In this document: positions 53,401-64,000 of the stretch, piece by piece
Numbering within the stretch: position 1 is the first letter of the stretch
How the letters are laid out: the number at the start of each line of letters is the position of its first letter
From: Chrysomallon squamiferum
Lineage: Eukaryota > Animalia > Mollusca
Direction of reading: 5' to 3'
DNA length: 64,000 nucleotides
NCBI GenBank assembly: GCA_012295275.1
Contig: CM022665.1
Location: 32,240,001 to 32,304,000, forward strand
Notes under the pieces: model-generated
What the model saw: the letters and a program-made list of their open reading frames with translations, nothing else
What the model was told of the DNA's origin: nothing
Databases searched by the model: none
Made by a program: the position numbers and the translations under genes

Positions 53401-55301
53401 ATGGCAAAATGGGATCCACCCGATTTAGACAGCTGTAATGATTCTATAGCTGTTCTGGAGCTTAAAATATTACATAATTCTGAAATCACTGAAAGTATGT
53501 CTGCATTTCTTTTCAATAATACCTTAAATCTTCAAAAATTTCATTTCCAATAATAATGAAAAGAAAATTATATATAATACATGCCCTGTTTTGTTTTGTT
53601 AACTAAGAAAAAATATTTTTATTCAGTTTTAATGGCATTGATAATATTTTGTAAGGATGAATCCTTAATAGATACTGGATTTGACAGACAAAGTTTAATA
53701 TTATTAATAATTCTTTTTATTCTGCTTTTTTCAACTTCACTTTTGTCTGTCTTTTTTGTCGATGTCAGAAAATGCTTTAAATGTGTCACAAGATTTGAAA
53801 AGACTTAGTGTGAAAATGGAAAAACATAATCCTTATCAAGTGAAACTTATAGTGGATATTGCTGAAAACATTTTTAAAATGACAAAGAACACTGATGAGA
53901 AAGCAACAACCAATGTTCTTGATGCAGTTAATACAATGCTTGATTTTACACCAGAAGCAATTGTTGAATCACAGGAAAAGGATAAAACATCATATAGGTA
54001 AGATAAAAATTAAATGTTTAACTAAAAAACCCACTCATTTTGATAATTAATAAAATTTCATACTTATTGCTTAAAAAAGATGCAGAAAATAAAAAATACA
54101 CATACACATGCACATTAAGAGTTAGTATTAGTTGAAGTTCTGCAATGACTCTTTAATTGAGGTGTGTTGTATCTTTGGTTGTTTTTTTTTGAAAATTGTA
54201 AAACCTTTCCTCTGCTGATGCCTCCCTGTCCCAAAACCCCAACTAATAATAAAAATGAACGATGCAAAAATACTAAATTAAATAATAATGTATGTCTTTA
54301 CTACAATTTATTATTATTATTATTCAAAAATACTGTTTTAATACTATACCAGTAATTAGAACTTATGCATCTTAAGTATTTTTCCTTTCTTAATTATTTC
54401 TGTGTGTAATCTAAACAAAATAAGAAACAAAATTAAATATTGTATGTTATGTGTGCAAGTATATGTCAGTATGAATTTGTTTTGTGTGAGAGAGGGAGAG
54501 AATTTTATTAATAAAAACATTAAAAGTTACATGGAATGAAAATTATAATATTATAAATAACCAGGATGAGGAAAATCATTATGAAATCTCTAAATTTCAG
54601 ACTGATTTCTGCAGTTGAATTTATGGTTAAAAATATACCACTAAAAAAAGGCCCTTTCTTAAATCTTGGCAAAAAGCTATCAGTTGCATGTGTTGAACTT
54701 TCAACCGTGGTTGATTCAGGAATTGCCTTTTCATCGAAGGAAGTTTCAAACAAGGTGAGAAAAATATATATTTTATTCAAATACTGCTTACTGATAGGAT
54801 TCCTTATGTGTTTTAACTCTTTGGATCATGTCCTGTTTTTCTGGTACAGCCAAGAAATGTATTCATTACTGTAGTCGTCATTTTATATCCAATAAATGTT
54901 GCACAAGATGTACTGAAGATCACTGTTATTTGTAGGCAGATTTAATGTACAGGCAGGCCTCATGACTTGTGTTAATTTAAAAAGGTTTAATCTTAGTGGT
55001 AATGCTGCAACTCTGATGATTCTTTAAATTTACTGTGTCACATCAGGTTATTAGTCTATATCCATGTAATTATTGTAGGTAAAGGTCACAGGCTTTTCCC
55101 CTCTAATGTTTGGTAGTTTGTGTCTGTAGAAATCTTATGTTGTTTCTGGAAATGGGCAAATCAAAACTCATTACATTAATTAACTGTACTGATGCTTAAT
55201 ATAAAGGTCTTCACAGACAGCATAATTTGTGGAAGTTTACAAATAAAAAAAAGACATATGTGAACAGAATAATAATAGATTAATATATATATTTCAGTCA
55301 C

Positions 55302-55336
<35 letters not shown>

Positions 55337-57741
55337 TTTTTTTATTTATTTATTTATTTATTTTCTGTCTTTGGTATTTACCCATTCTTTGTAGACTTAT
55401 TGGTAGCTTTTCATTCTTTTGCTAAAACTTGACTCACTAGATGCAAGCAGTATTCACACAATGACCATCCATTTTTCAACATTGCAAAACTTGATTTAAT
55501 TTGTTTTTTCTTTGACTGAAAATTTGAAATAGTATTATCAGAGAAAATCATATGTTAGACATAAGGCAATAAAATGTTAATTATCAAATGTGAAGTCATA
55601 GTTTGCATCTGAGAAGAAATGAAAAACTGACAATGCTTGTTCCTATTCATGAAACCTTTCTTCTAAATGAACATAAAATTTGTAAATGAACATACATCTA
55701 CTGTTACACTTTCATGATGGTGTTCATTTAGCAAACATTTAATGTTGTAACTGGAATTTCTCAGATACTGCTTTCTGATTTTGTTAGTTTTACTTTACCC
55801 AAAATGAAGTAAATCAGTTAAGTCTTTTGCAGAATCAAACACAAGTGTGTTTGTAGATAATATAAGCTGACAGGCCATGGTAGCAAATCATACCTGACTA
55901 ATTAGTTAACAGAAAAAATTAGTTAAAAAGCTTTTTGAAATAGGTATAATTATTAATTACTACATTATTTTAGGTAACTAACCTTATATATGTGCATAAA
56001 TTGTATTTGTGACCTGGTAGCATAACACATTCATGCACATGTGCACAGCTTAGATGGAACACTTGTTTGAGGATTATTCCTCTTCAGTGCCATATCCTGT
56101 GAACAGCACTGACTTGTGGGCCCAAAAATATAAAAGATCCATTGCTGCAGCCCATGTAATAGTGCTAGTATTGTTTCTTAAAATGAACATATGTTGTCAT
56201 TTGTTGGTTATCAGTTTTTGTTCTGCATCTTTGTATATTTATATGTATTATATTTATATCAGCATAGACATAGATACTTGTTTTTGGAATTACTATCTGA
56301 ATTATTAATTGTTTGGGAGTTTGTTATATTTAAGTATGGACAAAGTAAAGAAAAATTAACAGTTTGTTTCTTCTTTTTTTTCTTTTAATTTCTGAATAAA
56401 TGAATTTGAATATTAGTCTAATAAATATTTTATAATTAAACATGTATCTGTGGCAGATTGATTTGTTTTAGCATTTATGGATTACAGCTGAGTGAGTTTT
56501 AAGCTGGATTTGTTTTGTTTTTTCTCACTTCAGATTCAGATCACCAATCCTAAAACAACACCTACTGATGATATGTCACTGGCCCTAGTTCTTCCAGACA
56601 AAATGTTTAAATCTTTAAATACAAGTACTAAAAAGAAGATGAAAAGAATTGGATTCACTATTTACCATGATGCTATTCTCTTTGCTGTGAGAATTTTTTT
56701 TATCTTAGCCAAACAAACAGTGAAAAACAAATAAATTGTTACTAAAGAAACTCACAACTGTTAATCATACTACATCAAAGTAAAGATGATCTTGATATAA
56801 ATAAAACTTTGGGAAGGCCAACAAAAAGATCACCAAAATGTTAACTTAAAAGTTCTCTTAGTGTATTTTATTATGTTTTATTACAATTTATTTATTTCAA
56901 TTTATTTATTTATTTATTTATTCTTCAGGATCCAGAGACTCTGAAGCAAAATGATTCAACAAATATAACCACACAGATTAATAGTAGAATTATTTCAGCA
57001 ACCATACCAAACATTAGTCTTGAGAATCTTGAGTATCCCATTGTTATTTCTTTTCCACACCTAAAACAGGTAAATAGAAAGTGAAGCATGCATCATGATA
57101 ACAGATTTAATCAATTTATGCTGATGCATTTAGTGATAAAAACTATCATTTAAAAAGAGTTTTCTTTTATTTTCACATTGATGGGGCATCCAAACCAAAA
57201 ATGTGAAACTTAAATGATGATTAATCGAACTTTATCCCTGCTGTCAAGCAAGGCAAAGATAATGCAATTAAATGAAATTTATCTAATGCTAAAGATATGT
57301 ACTAACTAATCAAATTACAAATTCCTACTGGACAAAATGTTTTTGGTTCTGCTCTTAGAAGATATTAAATAGTGATTTGTCAGGGATTCAGGGTGGTAAG
57401 AAATAGGCTGAAACTTTAATCTGCAAGAGTGAGAAAAACAGGAAGAATATCTGAGGCAATCAGAAAAGGTAACTGTATATCTGAATGACCCTTTACTGGC
57501 TATGTTAATTTTAATACTTTATTCCTTCTGGTGATTGTTTGCAAAAAAAAAAAATTAAAAAAAAAAATTAAAAAACAAATTCTGTTTGAAGCTTTTATAT
57601 AATGTAAAAAAAATTAAATAATAATAAAAAAATCTTAATTATAATTTTTCACTGTTTCTTTTTTTCTCATATTACCATTTTATTTTTTGCTTACATTTTA
57701 AAAATATGTATAAAAAGAATTGAGGTGTTATATTTAGATAA

Positions 57742-57820
<79 letters not shown>

Positions 57821-60800
57821 TTATTTTATTATTGATTGTTTTAAGTTATTTTTAAAATAATATTTTCTTACAAATTTATTTATTTTTAATTAGGATGCTA
57901 GAAATCCTCATTGTATGTTCTGGAAATACAACCCAGAAAATGATGCCTGGGGATGGGCTGATGATGGTTGTACAGTTAACATAACAAAAGCTAACTATAC
58001 CCAGTGTACTTGTGACCATTTGACAAATTTTGCACTCATAATGGTTAGTAAGTTGCCTGTGTTTTTGTCTGCCATTTGGTTTTGTTTTATTACTTAAATA
58101 ATAAAAACAAATAAAAATAAATGGATAAATAAATTAAGTTGTTACTATGTTGTTACTTTAAATTTTATTATTAGTTTTTATTTATTTTATGAATTATTTT
58201 CTTTTTATATATTTATTTATGTATGTAAATGAAATGAAGGGCTTTTTAAAATGGTTTAATGTCAGTAATAAGGAGCTAGATGTAGCTCATTGGATAGTAT
58301 GCAATCTAAGCTCTTGTGAGTTTCAAGATCAGTCCTCCATAGTTCATCACATAAACTGTTTCAAATTTCCATAACCTCCTTAACAGTGGGAGATCCAGGT
58401 AAAAGATCCCTTGCTGCTAATCATCATTATGCAAGAAGCATATAACTTTTAGTATAAACATTGTGAGGGTTTGTTAAAACAAATAATTTTTCATTCATTC
58501 CTTCATACCAGTCTACAAAAATATTAAATATAATTTTATCATCTCTGTAATGACAGACTGAATTTTAAAATTTGTTCTCTGCCTTTTTTTTCTTTTTCTC
58601 CAGGATATCTATCCACACAAACCAGTACTGACTGAATTGGACAAGAAAGCACTTTCAGCCATTTCATACATTGGTTGTGGTCTTTCACTTTCGGCTCTCA
58701 TTTTCACAATATTAACTTACTTAATGTTCAGGTAAATAAAAAATAAAAAACTGCTTCTGTGGATCTTGCAAATGAATCAGACCTTTGAGGCTTACTTTTG
58801 GGCTGTTTTTTCGTTTGACCAGTGGTCAGTAATAGGTTGTTTTTTTTGTCTGAAGAGAGATACACATTACTATAATTGTTGACATTTTAGAGACACTCTA
58901 CAGATAAGAGCATTTAGCATTGAAGTCATGCTGAATTTAAGAAGCAGTTTGTCTTGAAACCACATATTTGAACATTGTACATCCTTTGTAGTACACTGTG
59001 TGAAGGCCAAAATATATATAATATATTTTGTTATTCTAAATAATGAGCAAAGTTAGAGTGAAACTTTTTCCTTCTGCATAATGATTGTGGTTTTTTAAAA
59101 ATATTATTTAAAAACAATAATGACTTTTTAACCTTTTTTCATTTTATTTTTTAGGAGGCTACGTCGAGACATTCCTTCCAAAATTTTAATAAATCTTTGT
59201 TTTGCTCTCTTTAATACAAATCTCATTTTTGTTGCCGGAATGCAGGATTACACATTTCATGACTTAATAGCATGCAAGGTAAGTCATTTAAGTTAAATAA
59301 TTTTCAGTGATGCTTTCCAAAAGTACAAAAATAATTTTGTAAAACTGAATAAAGACAAAATAAAATCAAGCATATTATTTTTTAACCTTTGGTATGACTT
59401 TCAAATGATCTAAAACTCTATTTACAAAATGAAATCAAAATATAGAAAATAACCATTCATACATCTTCTTGGTAAATAATTATATATAGTTCAGTTTATT
59501 ATCAGTAGCTATTGGCCATCAGAAATAAATAAAATCATACTTAAAATCAAACATAAAATTTGTTCAGATTATTTGTTTATAGGTATTGTTTAATACATCT
59601 GACCAGTGTACATATTGTATTTTATTAGGTTGTGGCTGTACTGATGCATTATTTTCTACTCTCATCATTGACATGGATGGCAGTAGAGGCAGTCAATATG
59701 TACCTATCTCTAGTTATTGTTTTTAAATTAGGAACTCAACATTTCTTAGTCAAGTGTATGATTATTGGATGGGGTAGGTATTCCAGTCACATACTATAAT
59801 ATACAAAATCCGTATGGTATGCTTACATGTGCACACATACTTTGTGACACATTAATAAGTAGACAAAAGTAGATGTATATTGCAGAGAGGTCACAATATG
59901 TTGTTTTCTTGTTGGACCATTTAGTCAGTTTTATAAACAATATTTGATATTTTTATTAGATGTGAATTTATAAAAATTAACCAGATATTATATGTAATAA
60001 TAATATAAGCATGGACATCTCTTAATGATTAGCAGCAAGGAATCTTTAATGTGTAATAGCCAGCAAAGTACATACTATTGTCCTTAAGAAGCTGTGATGG
60101 GATATTGGAAATAGCCCACTGAATACATAATGCAGTATTGATCATGGGATCCAACACATCTCACATCAACAGTCTTTATCAGTATTTCCCTGACTCATTT
60201 CTAAAAATGTTTAAAACTAGTGAGATTAACAGTTAAAACATTCTGGCCACGTCTAATGTGATCATTGAAAACCAGTGTATAGCATATCAAAATCTTATCT
60301 GTTACTCACGTCAAATTACTGAGTTCTTATGATTTCAGGTGCACCATTGATAATTGTTTTGATTACATTGTTTAATGGAATTGATAGCTACGGATTTCTT
60401 GGATCAGGAATGTAAGCCAACCTATCAACCTCACAATTTTCTCTATTTCATTCTTTTGATTCACCATGTAATTTGTCATTGCATTATCTTTTACTAAACA
60501 CTTATACAAAGCTAACTGAAACATGGTCAACCAAGGTGTAATTGTTATCATACTCTTAAGATTAGATAATCAGGGTTAACTGGATAGACAACTACTCACT
60601 AATTCCTACAGTTTTATTACAACAATTGCCAGCATGCAGTGATGTGAGAATTCAACAAAATAATAAACAATAATACTCATTAGCTTTACTTAGCATTAAA
60701 AACCAAAAGGTTTCTGACATGCATGTGAGCATGTTTTCATAGCCACTTCAAACATATAGTTATCTACAAGTTGAAGTATTTTTATTATAAGTACAATTCT

Positions 60801-62469
60801 GATATGTCTGTCTTAGTCAATGTGAGAAAAAATTAAAGTTACGGAATTTCACATGTTCCAGAAAATCAAATTCTTTGTCAGTTATTCAGTGTAGATCATT
60901 GCCCCATCTTCGGTGTGGTGTTTCACTAAAGTGTAATATGTTTATGTTGCAACAGACACTTGGCTGCCTATTGTAGAAATGTAAATATTTTGACATATCA
61001 AGGTTATGTACCACAAATTAAATTAAATCATACACAAAACACCCCAAAATAATTTTAATAATATATTTGTTGAGGATAAAATGGACAGTTTTTTACCTCT
61101 CTAACCTATAGCATAGATAATAAAACAGAAATTTATGAACTTGGAAATTATAAATAAATAATTTTTAAATTTTGTATTTTATTTTATATTTTCAGCTGTT
61201 GGTTAGTTAACCCCTTTTTCTACTATTCTTTCCTGGCTCCAGTGGCATTCATCCTTTTGATGAATTGTATTGCTTTTGGTATGGTTCTGCGTGAGCTGTT
61301 TGGAGTGGCTGTTCACAAAAGTACCAATACATCTCTCAAGGTGTCTACATTACAGCGTCTCCGTGGTGCTGTTGTCATTATTGTCCTGCTTGGACTTACC
61401 TATATGTTTGCCATCTTTGCCATTGACCAGGCCAGTGTTGTCTTCTACTACCTTTTTGCCATTTTCAATTCACTTCAGGGTGTGTTCATATTTATATTTT
61501 ATTGTGTACTCAAAAAGGATGCACTGAATGCATGGAAAAGAAAACTAGGGTTTGGTGAACCTGAGGCAGATGAATATTATTATGCAACATCATTTGCTAC
61601 TAAAGGTAATATAATTTACATTTATATTATTATAAAAATAAAAAAGTAAAGGAAAAAAAGGAACACATAAACAGACACACACAAATGAAATGATTTAAAC
61701 TAAAATACAGTGAATAAGTGTACAATAATTAGTTATATAGTATGTCATCTATGACACTAAGCCACAGCTGAGGTGATGGATGCTGCTGACATGGTGGACA
61801 CCACTGACATGGATGTTGTCAGTATAGTGGTCATTGCTGATATAATCCCAGCCAATGTCATATTCACCACTGCTTAACAGTCTTTTATCAGAATATTTTG
61901 AAACATACAGGTAAACACACATTTGCTTTTATTTAGATAGACACATCTGTGTATGAAGAGACCATGTGAATCAAAATTGTGTTAGTGACCTGGGTTATCC
62001 ATCATATTATGAGCAGCCTGGGATTGGAAGGGAGATGTTAGTGATCCTGGGTGGTTGTAGTGTTTGTACTGTCATTAATAGGCATATACAGTCTTTACCA
62101 TTAAAACAAATTCTGCTGATAAAAACAGTGGGACTTGTAAAATGTTGCTAAGTCTCTATTTTATCAACTTTTGAGAGTATGTTAGTTGTACAGTAATTAG
62201 TGAAAAAATTGTTAAATTAAGTCTTATTAATTAACAGTTGGTCATCAAAGCAAAATAAATAGTTAAATGAATAAACATAAAATAAAAAAATTAATATATA
62301 TATTTAAAATAGCAAGTATTGCAGTAATAACAATAGGGTATGTCTGATAGTAAAATAAAGTTAAGACATTTATTGAATTTTGATACTGGATAAAAAATAT
62401 TCTTCTTAGTAATTCATCTGATATTTTCCTGTAAAATAAGTAACAGACACATCTATGTATTGAATCTTA

Positions 62470-62518
<49 letters not shown>

Positions 62519-62806
62519 ATAATATGTATGATTTCATGTGTGTGTGTTTGTGTATGTATGTATGTGTGTGTGTATATATATATACACACACACACATATA
62601 CATATACATACATACATACATACACAGGTAAGACAAAGACAAAACAATCAGATATTGATTTGGACCTAAATAAGAGACCAGTAACATCAACCATGTCAAT
62701 GGATGAAAGTACTAGTAGGAGACCACTATCAGTAGATGAAACTCCTCTTAAGAGGCCAGTGTCATCAATATCAGCACAGCCTTCTATTGATCCAAGTTCA
62801 AAATAA
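42371..62806 (+). CDS. Adhesion GPCR gene B, tandem paralog of gene A with the same domain order; ~1138 aa
   Basis: GT-AG exons in compatible phases totalling 3417 nt: 42371-42579, 43010-43081, 44317-44388, 46456-46527, 47197-47274, 47956-48098, 48545-48657, 49378-49567, 50491-50600, 50965-51017, 52155-52318, 52628-52769, 53382-53494, 53769-53997, 54601-54754, 56534-56686, 56929-57069, 57894-58043, 58604-58731, 59155-59278, 59629-59773, 60339-60411, 61196-61605, 62628-62806. GPS CMFW...WADDGC...CTCDHL|TNFALIM; 7TM RRDIPSKILINLC, FNSLQGVFIFIFYC. The first 23 exons match gene A one-to-one in phase. The terminal exon is uncertain. Confidence 0.9.
44954..46414. mobile_element. Non-autonomous foldback DNA transposon with ~590-bp TIRs (Sola2-like) in gene B intron 3
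   Basis: Left arm 44954-45545 is the reverse complement of right arm 45831-46414, with a 285-bp spacer. Termini GGGTCATTCC...GGAATGACCC; 4-bp flanking duplication AAAA (44950-44953, 46415-46418). GRG...CYC ends, 4-bp TSD and long TIRs are Sola2 characteristics. No transposase ORF. The inverted repeat itself is certain; the superfamily call is inferred. Confidence 0.85.
48545..49567 (+). other. Gene B Ly6/uPAR (three-finger)-like domain
   Basis: QCFKC...KC...KC...MC...TRGC...WC...EC...NCTYCCIGDLCN. All 12 Cys align with gene A. Confidence 0.8.
50491..58043 (+). other. Gene B SEA-like + HormR + GAIN/GPS region
   Basis: YYISFQV...PDEYKTLAELI...YSVVFKAFRSPGLQFYYTI (diverged SEA). FC...FW...C...ARFC...AKWDPPDLDSC (HormR). 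LVLPDKMF, FTIYHDAILF, INSRIISATI, then GPS HL|T at 58017-58025. Confidence 0.82.
57746..57816. repeat. (TA)n microsatellite upstream of the gene B GPS exon
   Basis: About 35 uninterrupted TA units. Confidence 0.95.
58270..58505 (+). mobile_element. Decayed tRNA-derived SINE-like element
   Basis: tRNA A-box-like head GATGTAGCTCATTGGATAG, core AAAGATCCCTTGCTGCTAATCAT and simple TTCA/TTCC tail. The core recurs inverted at 60025-60047. Similar decayed pieces at ~34225-34530 and ~63020-63120. Confidence 0.45.
58604..61605 (+). other. Gene B seven-transmembrane region
   Basis: Exons of 128/124/145/73/410 nt vs 128/124/145/76/398 nt in gene A. Motifs ISYIGCGLS, HYFLLSSLTWMAVEA, IGWGAP, CWL, LLGLTYMF, YLFAIFNSLQG. 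Confidence 0.95.
60015..60195 (-). mobile_element. Decayed SINE-like element, second copy in opposite orientation
   Basis: ATGATTAGCAGCAAGGAATCTTT (60025-60047) is the reverse complement of 58402-58424 at 22/23 positions. Confidence 0.4.
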
Positions 62807-64000
62807 AGGGTTGAATCCTGAAGGTAAGATTTTCCAAGAGAGAAAAAGGTTTCAAAAACCAACAACAGCATTAAAAAAAACACCAAAACAACAACAAAAC
62901 AAACAAAACAAAATAAAATAAAAACAATAATAAATAAATAAGTAGGTTTATACAAACACACAATCAAATGTTGATAAAGCTACAATCAGTGTGTGTGTGT
63001 GTGTGTTTTGAATATAGGTATTTACACATCTCACAGACAGAAAGGTATATATTTTGTGCAAATAACCCAGATGATACTGGGGAGGATTGATCCTGCAACC
63101 AGTTATAACTAACACATTCACTTACAGAATAATTTTTTATTCATCTATTTTATTTTATAATAATAATAATAATAATCAAAATATTATTTTTATATTTTTT
63201 TTTCCCAGTAGAATGAAAAGTGCATGGAGGAAGATACATTAATTGTGAACTGGAATTATGATAAACTGTGATGACTGAAAAATATTACTTGAACTGTAAA
63301 ATTTGATGATGGTTGCTAACGGTTACAGTGCCTGACAGCTTTAATCTGTTAGTTAATATACATACTTCTATTTATGCTTTTCCAGGCATGGTGTTGAAGT
63401 AACAGTGTAGAATGTTAATATCTAAGTCAATTTATATTAGTGGTACCAAGTATTATGTCGGACATAAGCTGGAAGTACCATGTATGTTAATACTAACATC
63501 AAGGTCAAACCTCAGTTGCAGGTACCATGTATATTATTTTCATTTATGTCAAACAAGTTTGAATTACCAGTCCTGAATATTAATGCTTGTATTTATGTCA
63601 AGCATAAGCTGGAAGTGCCAATGCTGGATAATAATACTTAGATCTGTGTAACAATAAATATTAGTTTTTTTATTTATGTCAGATGTACTTTTGTAGTTTA
63701 CTGATATTATAATTTATATTAAAAAAATTAATTGGATGTACTTATGCAATTTATTGATACTTATATTTGTGTGAAACATAAGTTTTAAATATTTTTGCTG
63801 TTACCTTTGAAATTTGTCATCAATGGATGATTTTGAACCATGGAATTATAAAAAAAGAAAAAGAAAAAGAAGAAAAAACAACATGATGATCTCATTAATG
63901 AAAAGTATTGACAACAAAAGATAAAAAGGTTTATCTATGATTAATGTAAATAAAATCCATTGTATTATATGGATTGATGAGCTGGCTCTTTTAATTGTTG

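Noticed and set aside
58275-58345. tRNA gene
   Set aside because: Only an A-box-like head is present. There is no intact cloverleaf or B-box, so it is better explained as a decayed SINE head.
18074-62806. Naming the genes ADGRA2/3, LGR/RXFP, Toll-like or ADGRG6
   Set aside because: GAIN/GPS plus a class B2 7TM excludes LGR and TLR. The lack of an Ig domain and the ADGRG-like 7TM argue against ADGRA. There is no CUB or pentraxin domain, so one-to-one ADGRG6 orthology is unsupported.

Overview
AT-rich, intron-rich animal genomic DNA. It is probably a mollusc or gastropod, but that is inferred only from the repeat style, not proven. The window holds the 3' five coding exons of VTA1 (921-3470, +), then a head-to-tail pair of paralogous adhesion GPCR genes on the + strand that I spliced by hand. 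Gene A spans 18074-37096 (28 coding exons, ~1239 aa). Gene B spans 42371-62806 (24 coding exons, ~1138 aa, last exon less certain). Both encode signal peptide - LRRNT - four LRR exons - LRRCT - 12-Cys Ly6/uPAR (three-finger)-like domain - SEA-like domain - HormR - GAIN with intact HL|T GPS - ADGRG (GPR126/GPR64)-like 7TM. I do not know this combination, especially a three-finger domain, from any characterised adhesion GPCR. Other observations: the paralogs sit in opposite CpG domains (gene A CpG-rich, VTA1 and gene B depleted). A near-perfect 1.46-kb foldback element (Sola2-like) ends 41 nt from an LRR exon of gene B. Gene A has a C-tail built from symmetric micro-exons ending in a PDZ-binding motif. 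There are also several MITE/SINE remnants and many micro- and minisatellites. Most ORF-track entries are exon fragments or repeat artefacts.
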